A DNA stretch of 64,000 bases, taken from NCBI GenBank assembly GCA_030650425.1, contig JAUSED010000008.1, positions 4,554 to 68,553 of the forward strand, in the 5' to 3' direction. A model generated the notes under the pieces. That model searched no databases. It was given only the letters and a program-made list of their open reading frames with translations, and was not told the DNA's origin. This document shows, piece after piece, positions 53,909 to 64,000 of this stretch. The translations under genes and the position numbers were made by a program. Each line of letters begins with the position of its first letter. The first letter of the stretch is position 1. The stretch comes from Candidatus Omnitrophota bacterium (GTDB lineage Bacteria; Omnitrophota; Gorgyraeia; Gygaellales; Profunditerraquicolaceae).

Positions 53909-54214
53909 ATGTATAAATTAAATTTTGTTTTTTCCAAAAAAGGCGCGATGATTTATATCGGCCATCTGGATCTGATGCGCCTGCTTACGCGGGCAATGCG
54001 CAGGGCGGATTTACCGCTTAAGATCTCTGAAGGTTTTTCTCCCCACCCAAAACTTAGCTTAAAGCGGGCTTTAAAATTAGGGGTAGAGAGCGAGCATGAA
54101 GAGGGGACAATCATATTAAGGCTGCCGGTTGAAGAGGAGGAATTTAAAATTAGATTACAGCAACAATTACCAGAAGGGATCAAAATAAAACATGTCGAAA
54201 GAAATTTTAGTTAA
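53909..54214 (+). CDS. DUF2344/TIGR03936-like short protein (often adjacent to RNase E/G)
   Basis: 101 aa; IYIGHLDLMRLLTRAMRRADLPL motif; overlaps RNase G start. Confidence 0.45.
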   Translation: MYKLNFVFSKKGAMIYIGHLDLMRLLTRAMRRADLPLKISEGFSPHPKLSLKRALKLGVESEHEEGTIILRLPVEEEEFKIRLQQQLPEGIKIKHVERNFS

Positions 54215-55634
54215 TATTGAACCACAGGAGAAGCGTGTAGCGGTTGTTTCCGATGGACAACTGGAGGAGTTTTACATTGAGCGGCCGCAGGATAGGACTA
54301 TCGTCGGCAATATCTATAAAGGCAAAATTGAGGCGGTTCTGCCTTCTTTGGGCGCGGCCTTTGTGGATATCGGCCTGCCGAAGAAGGGTTTTCTTTATCT
54401 ATCCGAAATAGAGTTTGCTTTTGAGTCGGTGGATGAGCCAAAGGCTCCCAGAGATAAAGAGATTAAGAAGGGGCAGGAGGTGTTGGTGCAAGTGGTTAAG
54501 GAATCATTTGGAACCAAAGGCCCAAGATTATCCACGCATATTGGTTTAGCCGGCAGGTATCTGGTGATTATGCCGCAAGATAGGCAGGTGGGGATATCGC
54601 GCCGGATTGAAGATGACGTTGAAAGAAGAAGGCTGCGTCAGGTATTTAACGAGCTAAAGCTGCCGCAAGACGCCGGGTTTATCGTGCGCACCGCTGCCTG
54701 CGGCAAGTCCAAGCAGGAGCTTGGCCGCGACGCCCAGTTTCTTTATAAGCTTTGGAAGAGGCTGGAGAAGATTGTCGAGCAAAAAAAAGCCCCGAGTTTA
54801 ATTTATGAAGAATATGACCTGACTTTGCGGGCAATCAGGGATTCTTTTACCGAAGACGTCTCTAAGTTAATTGTTGATTCTAAGCCCGAATATTACCGCA
54901 TCCAGAATTTTATGCGCACATTCTTAAATTATCTCTCTAAAAAAGTTGAATTTTACCGGGGGGACGATTTATTTACCGATAAGGATATCGAAAAGCAGAT
55001 CAGCCGGATCAACGAAAGCAAGGTTTACCTGAAGTCCAAGGCCTACTTAGTGATTGAGCCGACCGAAGGCCTGGTGGTCATTGATGTGAATAGCGGAGGT
55101 TTTAAGAAAAAGTTTAATCAGGAAGAGACCGCTTTTAAGGTAAATTGCGAAGCAGCGCAAGAGGTAGCCCGGCAGTTAGTCTTACGCGATTTGGGAGGTA
55201 TAATCGTCATTGATTTTATCGATATGGAGAAGGAGAGCCACCGTCGGGAAATATTTAATCTGTTAAAGAGGGCATTAAGCAGCGACCGGGCTAAATACGA
55301 TATCTTGGGGATATCCAAATTCGGCGTGGTCGAGATGACCCGGGAGCGTATCCATAAAACCGTACAGATGCTTTCTTTTCAAACCTGCCCGTATTGCCAA
55401 GGAAGGGGGAGAGTTAAATCTCCAATGACCATCGCTATTTATGCCTTGAAGGAATTGAAGAGGTTTTTGAAAGGGAAATCCTTAAAACAGGTTAATGTCA
55501 CTCTTTCGCCTTCCGTAATCGGGGAGATACTAAAAAATAAAGAAGACCTAAGGTCGATTGAATATAAATTCAGGACTAAGGTCAATTTTATCTCTAATCC
55601 TACGCTGCATATCGAAGACGTGCATATAGCTTGA
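54192..55634 (+). CDS. rng: ribonuclease G/E family endoribonuclease
   Basis: 480 aa; S1 domain N-terminus (GNIYKGKIEAVLPSLGAAFVDIG), DNase-I-like catalytic core, Zn-link CPYCQG. Confidence 0.85.
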   Translation: MSKEILVNIEPQEKRVAVVSDGQLEEFYIERPQDRTIVGNIYKGKIEAVLPSLGAAFVDIGLPKKGFLYLSEIEFAFESVDEPKAPRDKEIKKGQEVLVQVVKESFGTKGPRLSTHIGLAGRYLVIMPQDRQVGISRRIEDDVERRRLRQVFNELKLPQDAGFIVRTAACGKSKQELGRDAQFLYKLWKRLEKIVEQKKAPSLIYEEYDLTLRAIRDSFTEDVSKLIVDSKPEYYRIQNFMRTFLNYLSKKVEFYRGDDLFTDKDIEKQISRINESKVYLKSKAYLVIEPTEGLVVIDVNSGGFKKKFNQEETAFKVNCEAAQEVARQLVLRDLGGIIVIDFIDMEKESHRREIFNLLKRALSSDRAKYDILGISKFGVVEMTRERIHKTVQMLSFQTCPYCQGRGRVKSPMTIAIYALKELKRFLKGKSLKQVNVTLSPSVIGEILKNKEDLRSIEYKFRTKVNFISNPTLHIEDVHIA

Positions 55635-55659
55635 CCTACCCATTTTCTTATTATATAAT
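55631..55659 (+). promoter_or_regulatory. near-consensus sigma70 promoter TTGACC-17-TATAAT for rplU
   Basis: 45 nt before ATG 55704. Confidence 0.5.
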
Positions 55660-55703
55660 AAACCTCTTAAAAACCTGTTATTTTACTAAAAGGAGAGTCC
55701 AAA

Positions 55704-56021
55704 ATGTATGCTATAATTGAAGTTGGAGCAAAACAGTACAATGTGGCAAAAGATGATATTATCCTTGTGGATAAGCAGTCATTTAAAGATGGGGAGGAAA
55801 TAAGCCTCGATAAAGTGCTTTTAGTCTCTAAAGACAAGAAAGTGGAGGTAGGCCAACCCTACTTAAAGAATGTTAAGGTAAGCGCGGAAGTTCTAGGCCA
55901 AGTTAAGGGCGAGAAGACCACTGCTTTTAAATACCGCCGTCGTAAGTCTTCGCACTGGGAAAAAGGCCACCGGGCTAAATTAACTCAATTAAAGATTAAA
56001 TCTATCGAGATAGGCAGTTAA
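55704..56021 (+). CDS. rplU: 50S ribosomal protein L21
   Basis: MYAIIEVGAKQY canonical L21 N-terminus; near-consensus promoter 55631-55659. Confidence 0.92.
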   Translation: MYAIIEVGAKQYNVAKDDIILVDKQSFKDGEEISLDKVLLVSKDKKVEVGQPYLKNVKVSAEVLGQVKGEKTTAFKYRRRKSSHWEKGHRAKLTQLKIKSIEIGS

Positions 56022-56032
56022 TTAAAGGGGAT

Positions 56033-56056
56033 TCGTCATTCCCGCGTAAGCGGGAA
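56033..56056. repeat. short hairpin TCATTCCCGCG-TAA-GCGGGAATC between rplU and obg
   Basis: Occupies the position where rpmA is usually found. Confidence 0.45.
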
Positions 56057-56075
56057 TCTACGCTATCGTCGTAAA

Positions 56076-57041
56076 ATGTCCGTTGCGTTTGTTGATCAGG
56101 CAAAGATCTTTGTTAAGGCTGGAGATGGAGGCCCGGGTTGCTCCAGCTTATATCGCGATCAATTTATGCGCTGGGGAAGGCCCGACGGAGGAGACGGCGG
56201 AAAGGGCTCGGATATCATCATCCGCGCGGATAGAAATCTCCACACGCTCCTGGATTTAAAATATAACCAACATTTCCGCGGGGCCAATGGCGGTAGAGGC
56301 GGAAGTAATCATAAAACAGGCAGGGAAGGCGCTCCTTTAGTTATTCGCGTACCGGTTGGCACAACCATTACCGACGCCAAAAGCAGTTGCGTTTTACGCG
56401 ACCTGAACAAGGACGCGGAAGAAGTAGTTGTAGCCAAGGCAGGAGCTGGCGGTAAAGGAAATAATAAACATAACCTGCAGGGTGAACCCGGAGCTCCGGG
56501 CGAAGAAAAAGAATTAATTTTAGATCTTAAGTTGATCGCGGAAGTCGGCGTAGTGGGTTTTCCAAACGTGGGAAAATCTACCTTGATTTCGAATATATCC
56601 AATGCCCAGCCTAAGATCGCGGCCTATCCGTTTACGACTAAATTTCCCATCTTGGGTTTTGTCAGGCGCGGTGAAAAAACATTTGTGGTTGCGGATATCC
56701 CCGGCTTGATTAAAGGCTCGGCAGAAGGGAAAGGTTTAGGGGACAGGTTTTTAAGGCATGTCGAGCGCACCCGGATCCTTATCCATATGGTCGACATATC
56801 GGGTTTTGAGGGAAGAGACCCGCTTCAAGATTACCAAACGATTAATCAGGAATTAAAGAGTTATAGCGCGTTGGTCGGTAGAAAAATTCAAATTATCGCG
56901 GCTAACAAGATGGATTTGGATGGCGCGGAAGTTAATTTAAAAAAGTTTAAGAAAGTGGTAAAGAAAAAGATCTATCCGATATCTGCTTTAAACAAAGAGG
57001 GCTTAGAGGAGTTAATCGATGCAGTCGCGGAAAAATTATAA
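56076..57041 (+). CDS. obg: GTPase Obg/CgtA
   Basis: Obg fold N-terminus (FVDQAKIFVKAGDGGPGCSS), G1 GFPNVGKST, G3 DIPG. Confidence 0.9.
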   Translation: MSVAFVDQAKIFVKAGDGGPGCSSLYRDQFMRWGRPDGGDGGKGSDIIIRADRNLHTLLDLKYNQHFRGANGGRGGSNHKTGREGAPLVIRVPVGTTITDAKSSCVLRDLNKDAEEVVVAKAGAGGKGNNKHNLQGEPGAPGEEKELILDLKLIAEVGVVGFPNVGKSTLISNISNAQPKIAAYPFTTKFPILGFVRRGEKTFVVADIPGLIKGSAEGKGLGDRFLRHVERTRILIHMVDISGFEGRDPLQDYQTINQELKSYSALVGRKIQIIAANKMDLDGAEVNLKKFKKVVKKKIYPISALNKEGLEELIDAVAEKL

Positions 57042-58083
57042 AAGGATAGTGGTAAAAATAGGTTCCAGTCTTTTTTGCTCTAAAGGGGCTAAGCTGGATA
57101 CTGCTATGCTTAGCAGTATCTCAGCTCAAGTTTCCGGACTGATCAAAGAAGGCAGAGAAATTGTCGTCGTTTCTTCCGGCGCGATCGCCTTAGGTATGTC
57201 AGTCTTAAGGTTGCAAGAACGGCCAAAAGAATTAAGCTTCCTGCAGGCAGCCGCGGCGATCGGCCAGAATGAATTGATGGATGTTTACCGGAAGTTTTTT
57301 AAAGAGATGGGGATTAACTGCGCTCAATTGCTTTTGACTTGGGAAGATTTTTCCGAGCGCAAGCGTTATTTAAATGCCAAGAATACGCTGAATACCCTGC
57401 TTAAGCTAAAGAGCGTACCGGTAATCAATGAGAATGATACTGTTTCTACCGACGAAATTAAGTTTGGGGATAATGACCGGCTTTCTGCCTTAGTTGCCAT
57501 CCTGGTTAGCGCCGATCTTTTGATCATACTTTCTGATGTCGACGGGCTTCTGGATAAAGATAAAAAGTTAATTAAGGTTGTGGATAAGATAACAGCTGGT
57601 ATTAAAGGCTTGGCTTGCCCAACAGAGAAGAAGACCTGTGTGGGCGGAATGATTTCTAAAATAGAAGCTGCCTCCATCGCGGTTAGCTCCGGTATCCCTT
57701 GCGTTATAGCCTCCGGCCATAAGCAAGATATTATTAAATCTGTAGCTGACGATATTTCCAGTAACGGCACTTTATTCCTGGCCAAGGGCCAGATGCTGGA
57801 CGCGAAAGCGCGCTGGATGGCTTTTGGCACTAAATCCAAAGGTAAAATTCTGGTTGATGATGGGGCGAAAAAAGCCTTGCTGAATAAGAAAAGCCTGCTT
57901 TCCGTAGGGATAGTCTCCTGCTCGGGAAATTTTTCCTGCGGTGACATAGTGAGTGTTTGCGATAACAGGGATGTCGAGTTTGCCCGTGGTAAAGCCGGTT
58001 TATCCGTCAAAGAACTGGAAAAAATCCAAGGAACGCGTTTCGCCAAAGAAATCATCCACCGCGATAACATCGTGATATTATAA
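57019..58083 (+). CDS. proB: glutamate 5-kinase
   Basis: 354 aa; amino-acid kinase domain RIVVKIGSS plus C-terminal PUA domain; start overlaps obg by 23 nt. Confidence 0.85.
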   Translation: MQSRKNYKRIVVKIGSSLFCSKGAKLDTAMLSSISAQVSGLIKEGREIVVVSSGAIALGMSVLRLQERPKELSFLQAAAAIGQNELMDVYRKFFKEMGINCAQLLLTWEDFSERKRYLNAKNTLNTLLKLKSVPVINENDTVSTDEIKFGDNDRLSALVAILVSADLLIILSDVDGLLDKDKKLIKVVDKITAGIKGLACPTEKKTCVGGMISKIEAASIAVSSGIPCVIASGHKQDIIKSVADDISSNGTLFLAKGQMLDAKARWMAFGTKSKGKILVDDGAKKALLNKKSLLSVGIVSCSGNFSCGDIVSVCDNRDVEFARGKAGLSVKELEKIQGTRFAKEIIHRDNIVIL

Positions 58084-58086
58084 ACT

Positions 58087-59346
58087 ATGGATCTAAAAAA
58101 AGAAATTACCCAGATTGCTAAAAAGGCGAAGGCCGCCTGCGGAATCCTGGCTAACTTAGAGACCTCCGAAAAGAATAGAATCTTGGAAGAAATGGCTCGG
58201 AATTTGGAGAGTAAAAAAGAGCAGATTTTGAAGGCGAATAAAAAGGATATCGCCGCTGGCCGCCGCGCCAAGCTTTCCAGCGCTTTCATTGATCGGCTCA
58301 CGCTTAACGATCAGCGGATAGATGATATGGCTGCCTGCCTGTTGGATGTGGCAAAATTAGCTGATCCCGTAGGGAAAGAGATTAAATCTTGGCAGGTTCC
58401 TTCGGGATTAAAAATTCATAAGCTGCGCGTTCCTATAGGTGTAATCGCGATTATTTACGAGTCACGGCCGAACGTTACCTCGGATTGTATCGGTCTTACT
58501 TTTAAATCCGGAAATAGCGTAATCTTAAGGGGCGGAAGCGAGGCCCTAAATTCCAATATCGCGATTTTTGAGGCGATTAATGAGGTGATCAAGAAGAATA
58601 ATTTGCCCGAAGGCGCCATCAATATTATTGCTACCAAAGAGAGGCGCGCAGTCGATGTTTTGCTTAAATTAAATGACTATATTGACCTGGTTATTCCCCG
58701 CGGAGGAGAAGGCTTGATTAAGAAAGTTGTTTCCCTCTCTCGTATTCCGGTGATTAAGCATTATAAGGGGATTTGCCATATCTATGTCGATGATTACGTG
58801 GATTTGAATATGGCGGAAAAAATTTGTTTTAATGCTAAAGTCCAGCGTCCGGGGGTCTGTAATGCCATGGAGAGCATGTTGGTGCATCGCGATGTGGCGG
58901 CCCGCTTTTTACCCGGGATGCTTAAGAAATTTAAAGCGGCTCAAGTGGAAATTCGCGGTTGCCCGCTTACGCAAAGAATCGGAAAAAAGGGAATAATTAA
59001 AGCGAAGGATTCAGATTACCGCACCGAATACGCGGATTTGATTCTAGCGGTGAAAGTCGTGGATAGTCTTGATCAGGCGATTGCTCACATAAATGAATAC
59101 GGTTCGCATCACTCGGATAGTATCGTTACCGATGACCAAAATAATGCTAAAGAATTCCTCAAAAGGATAGATTCTGCCTGTGTCTATGTGAATGCCTCGA
59201 CGCGTTTTACCGACGGAAATCAATTCGGTATGGGCGCCGAGATTGGTATTTCCACGGATAAGCTGCACGCGCGCGGGCCAATGGGGCTAGAGGAATTGAC
59301 CAGTTATAAATACGTAGTTTGGGGGAATGGCCAGATAAGAGAATGA
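58087..59346 (+). CDS. proA: gamma-glutamyl phosphate reductase
   Basis: 419 aa; aldehyde-DH family catalytic Cys region (NASTRFTDG). Confidence 0.88.
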   Translation: MDLKKEITQIAKKAKAACGILANLETSEKNRILEEMARNLESKKEQILKANKKDIAAGRRAKLSSAFIDRLTLNDQRIDDMAACLLDVAKLADPVGKEIKSWQVPSGLKIHKLRVPIGVIAIIYESRPNVTSDCIGLTFKSGNSVILRGGSEALNSNIAIFEAINEVIKKNNLPEGAINIIATKERRAVDVLLKLNDYIDLVIPRGGEGLIKKVVSLSRIPVIKHYKGICHIYVDDYVDLNMAEKICFNAKVQRPGVCNAMESMLVHRDVAARFLPGMLKKFKAAQVEIRGCPLTQRIGKKGIIKAKDSDYRTEYADLILAVKVVDSLDQAIAHINEYGSHHSDSIVTDDQNNAKEFLKRIDSACVYVNASTRFTDGNQFGMGAEIGISTDKLHARGPMGLEELTSYKYVVWGNGQIRE

Positions 59347-59909
59347 AAATAGGCATATTAGGCGGCACATTTAATCCTGTTCACATCGGGCATTTAATTT
59401 TGGCTGAAGAGGCGAGGGAGAAACTGGGTTTAGAGAAGATATTTTTTGTTCCGGCCAACCTGCCTCCGCATAAAGAAAACGGTGATATAGCCGCGGCAAG
59501 CCTGCGCCTAAAAATGCTCAAACTTGCGGTTAAAGGAAATAAATATTTTAACGTATCTGATGCGGAGGTAAAAAGGCAGGGCCGTTCTTATACCATAGAT
59601 ACAATAAAAGAATTTAAGGATAAGTATCTTCAGGATGAACTCTATTTCATTATCGGTTCAGATTTACTTAAATATCTGGAGGAATGGAAGGACTTGGCTG
59701 AAATAAACAAGATGGTTAAATTTATTGCCGCCACCCGTCCGGGATATCCCCTGGAAAAAATTCCATCTTATATCCAGACTTTGGGGATCAGGGCGGTGGA
59801 TATTTCGGGGTTTGAGGTGCGCCGGTGCATCAAAGAGGATAAATCATTCCGTTATTTGGTCCCGGAAGCGGTTTTTAATTTTATCAACACAAAAGGGCTG
59901 TATAAATGA
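59343..59909 (+). CDS. nadD: nicotinate-nucleotide adenylyltransferase
   Basis: ATG 59343 gives MKIGILGGTFNPVHIGH (HxGH motif); ATGA overlap with proA. Confidence 0.87.
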   Translation: MKIGILGGTFNPVHIGHLILAEEAREKLGLEKIFFVPANLPPHKENGDIAAASLRLKMLKLAVKGNKYFNVSDAEVKRQGRSYTIDTIKEFKDKYLQDELYFIIGSDLLKYLEEWKDLAEINKMVKFIAATRPGYPLEKIPSYIQTLGIRAVDISGFEVRRCIKEDKSFRYLVPEAVFNFINTKGLYK

Positions 59910-60553
59910 GTATAAAAGTTGCTCCATCATTGTTATCCGCGGATTTTAGCTGCCTTGCCCAAGAGATAAAAAAAGTCGAGAGGGCTGGGGCGGATATGCT
60001 GCATATCGATATTATGGACGGTCATTTTGTCCCGAATTTAACTATCGGCCCGGTAGTAGTAAAATATATCCGTAAGTGCACTAAGCTGCCTTTAGATGTG
60101 CATTTGATGATTGAGAACCCTCAAGAATTTGTCGACGCATTTGTTAATGCCGGCAGTGATATGCTTACCGCGCACATTGAAACGATTCCCGGATCCAAGC
60201 TCCAAGCCTTAAGTTCCAAGCTTAAGCGTAAGGGGATAAAATTCGGTATCTCGCTTAATCCGGGAACGCCGATAGCTAAAATTAAGCCGGCATTAAAATA
60301 TGCCGATTTTATTCTGGTGATGTCGGTTAACCCGGGTTTTAGCGGGCAAAATTTTATTCCGGGAGCAATCACTAAAATAAAAGAACTGTCTGCTATTTAT
60401 AAAGGGGATATTGCCGTGGATGGCGGGATAAATAATTTAACCGCCAAAGGCGTTATCGCGGCAGGCGCGAATATTTTGGCCGCGGGTTCCTACATCTTTG
60501 GCGCGAAAAATACAAGAGAGGCTATAGAAAGGATTAGAAATGCAGGGAAATAG
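59906..60553 (+). CDS. rpe: ribulose-phosphate 3-epimerase
   Basis: 215 aa; SLLSADF, HIDIMDGHFVPN and VDGGI motifs. Confidence 0.9.
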   Translation: MSIKVAPSLLSADFSCLAQEIKKVERAGADMLHIDIMDGHFVPNLTIGPVVVKYIRKCTKLPLDVHLMIENPQEFVDAFVNAGSDMLTAHIETIPGSKLQALSSKLKRKGIKFGISLNPGTPIAKIKPALKYADFILVMSVNPGFSGQNFIPGAITKIKELSAIYKGDIAVDGGINNLTAKGVIAAGANILAAGSYIFGAKNTREAIERIRNAGK

Positions 60554-61925
60554 CGAAATTAAATTCGGGACAGACGGGTGGCGGGCGGTTATCGGCGATA
60601 CTTACAATTTTAATAATTTAAGGATTTTAGCTCAGGCCACGGCTGACTATCTGGGGAAGGGGAAGAAAATTGTCATAGGTTTTGATACGCGTTTTATGTC
60701 GGGAAAATTTGCCGAAGTAGTGGCTGAGGTTCTCAGTAACAATGCCATTAAAGTCATACTCTCCGACAGGCCGGTGCCTACTCCGGCTTTAAGCCTGGCC
60801 GCTAAAAACCTGAAAATGGATTTAGGAATTATGATTACCGCTTCGCATAATCCTGCGGAATATAATGGTTTTAAAATCAAAATGCCATCAGGTGGCGCGG
60901 CTCCGGTAGAGGTGACCAAAGAGATCGAAAAGCTTCTCGATGAAAATCCTCCCGCTCAAAACAGCGAACAAGCTGTTCCATTCGAAAAAATGGATTTGAC
61001 CAAGGATTATGTTAAATTTATCCGATCTTATATTGATTTTAAGAGAATTAAGAATAAAAAATTTAAGGTTTTAGTTGACGCTATGTACGGTTCAGGGGAT
61101 AGTTTCATCGCCCAAATCTTAAAAGGCTCGCAGATTAAGGTGGAATTTATGCGTAATACGATCAATCCTTCTTTTGGCGGAAGAAGGCCGGAGCCGGTGG
61201 AAGATAATCTTGAGGAATTAAAGGCGCGGGTGAAAAAAGAAAAATTTGACCTAGGGATCGCCCTCGACGGAGACGCGGACAGGATTGCCGCGGTTGCTCC
61301 GGGAGGAGTATTTATCCACCCGCAGAAAATTTTGGGGCTTTTAGCCTTACATTTAAATCAGGATAGAGGCTGGTCCGGCGGCCTAGTCAAGACCATTTGC
61401 GGCACGGCGATGATGGATAATATCGCCAAATTCTTAAAGATTAAATTGTATGAGACGCCCGTAGGCTTTAAGTATATTTCTAATCTTATGGAGACACAAG
61501 ACATCGTTGCCGGAGGGGAAGAGGCCGGAGGAATGGGAGTCAAAGGTTATATCCCTGAGCGCGACGGAAGCATGGCCGGCCTTCTGCTGATTGAAATGAT
61601 GAGTTGCCGTAACAAAAATATCCTAAAAATTTTGAACGAAACAGAGAAGCAATTCGGTAAATTCTATTATGTGCGTAGTGACCTGCATTTAGACAAGCGC
61701 GTTGAGCCGAAAAAAGAAAACTTGCCCAAAGAACTGTTGGGGAAAAAGGTGATTGAAGTTAAGGATTATGATGGGCTAAAACTTATTTGCGAAGACCAGT
61801 GGCTGATGTTCCGCGGTTCAGGGACTGAGCCGATTATGCGCATTTACGCCGAAGCCAAGAGCCTTACGCAGGCGAATAAGCTGTTGGATTTGGGAAAAAA
61901 AGTCATTTTAAGAAATGGCGCGTAG
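60540..61925 (+). CDS. phosphoglucomutase/phosphomannomutase family protein
   Basis: 461 aa; active-site TASHNPAEYNGFK and metal loop DGDADR. Confidence 0.85.
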   Translation: MQGNSEIKFGTDGWRAVIGDTYNFNNLRILAQATADYLGKGKKIVIGFDTRFMSGKFAEVVAEVLSNNAIKVILSDRPVPTPALSLAAKNLKMDLGIMITASHNPAEYNGFKIKMPSGGAAPVEVTKEIEKLLDENPPAQNSEQAVPFEKMDLTKDYVKFIRSYIDFKRIKNKKFKVLVDAMYGSGDSFIAQILKGSQIKVEFMRNTINPSFGGRRPEPVEDNLEELKARVKKEKFDLGIALDGDADRIAAVAPGGVFIHPQKILGLLALHLNQDRGWSGGLVKTICGTAMMDNIAKFLKIKLYETPVGFKYISNLMETQDIVAGGEEAGGMGVKGYIPERDGSMAGLLLIEMMSCRNKNILKILNETEKQFGKFYYVRSDLHLDKRVEPKKENLPKELLGKKVIEVKDYDGLKLICEDQWLMFRGSGTEPIMRIYAEAKSLTQANKLLDLGKKVILRNGA

Positions 61926-62104
61926 GTTAGCTAAGGAAATTCACATAGAAAGGGGGAAGCCTTATCATGAAATTTCGGAAATGATAATGGCTAGTATAAA
62001 GGATTTAGCGAACGAAAATAATTAACCATAAAAAATAAAATATAGACACCCGGCCTTATCGGAGCGGCCGGTGTTGTTTCTGTAAACAAAGGAGAATCAC
62101 TAAA

Positions 62105-64000
<1,896 letters not shown>

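Overview
64-kb window of a bacterial chromosome in which every confidently called gene is on the + strand, probably an uncultivated lineage. All product and family calls rest on my recognition of motifs in the translations and on gene order, not on a database search. Contents, in order: (i) a biosynthetic supercluster leuC(3' end)-leuD-leuB-asd-truA-rplM-rpsI-argCJBDFGH, then lysA-dapF-dapA-dapB-dapL-folK-panC-nadX, mostly with ATGA-type overlaps indicating translational coupling. (ii) A small accessory insertion between argH and lysA: a secreted Gly/Thr-rich protein with a Cys-rich C-terminus, an AT-rich direct-repeat tract, and a fused MNT-HepT (nucleotidyltransferase plus HEPN-type) protein. 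(iii) A Lys-rich tandem-repeat mini-protein, a GT2 plus GT39/ArnT-like glycosylation pair, uvrA and an 800-aa TPR protein. (iv) Type IV pilus (T4P) locus 1: three small regulator-like or PilX-like genes, a PilM-PilN fusion, PilO, PilP, secretin, PilB, PilC and five tandem pilins. It ends at an IS200-like Y1 transposase of the REP-associated (RAYT) type, a DUF4143 ATPase and tRNA-Ala(CGC). (v) A signal-peptide-bearing MEMO1-AMMECR1 fusion, rsmE and an MtaB-like radical SAM enzyme. (vi) T4P locus 2: a major pilin with strong promoter and terminator, a TPR-membrane glycosyltransferase-like protein, two pseudopilins and PilMNOPQ. (vii) DUF2344-like protein, RNase G, rplU, obg, proBA, nadD, rpe, PGM/PMM, rpsA and the start of tyrS. 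The strongest non-genic signal is a very high density of palindromes headed by GTAG (REP-like; cores GGGACTGTCCC, GGGACACTTTCC, GGGGAGGTTTAAACCTCCCC, GTAGCGGACA...TGTCCGCTAC). Many are nested inside composite elements bounded by 17-18 bp inverted repeats GGGACCGTTTCTATTTT / AAAATAGAAACGGTCCC (8 complete and 2 solo copies here). Several copies lie inside coding sequences and are read in frame (rsmE, dapF, asd, the TPR-membrane GT), and two appear to be translated as N-terminal extensions. Together with the RAYT gene flanked by inverted GGGGACGCTCCCC copies, this looks like an active or recently active REP/RAYT system with unusual intragenic tolerance. Repeat coordinates are hand-counted and may be off by 1-2 nt.
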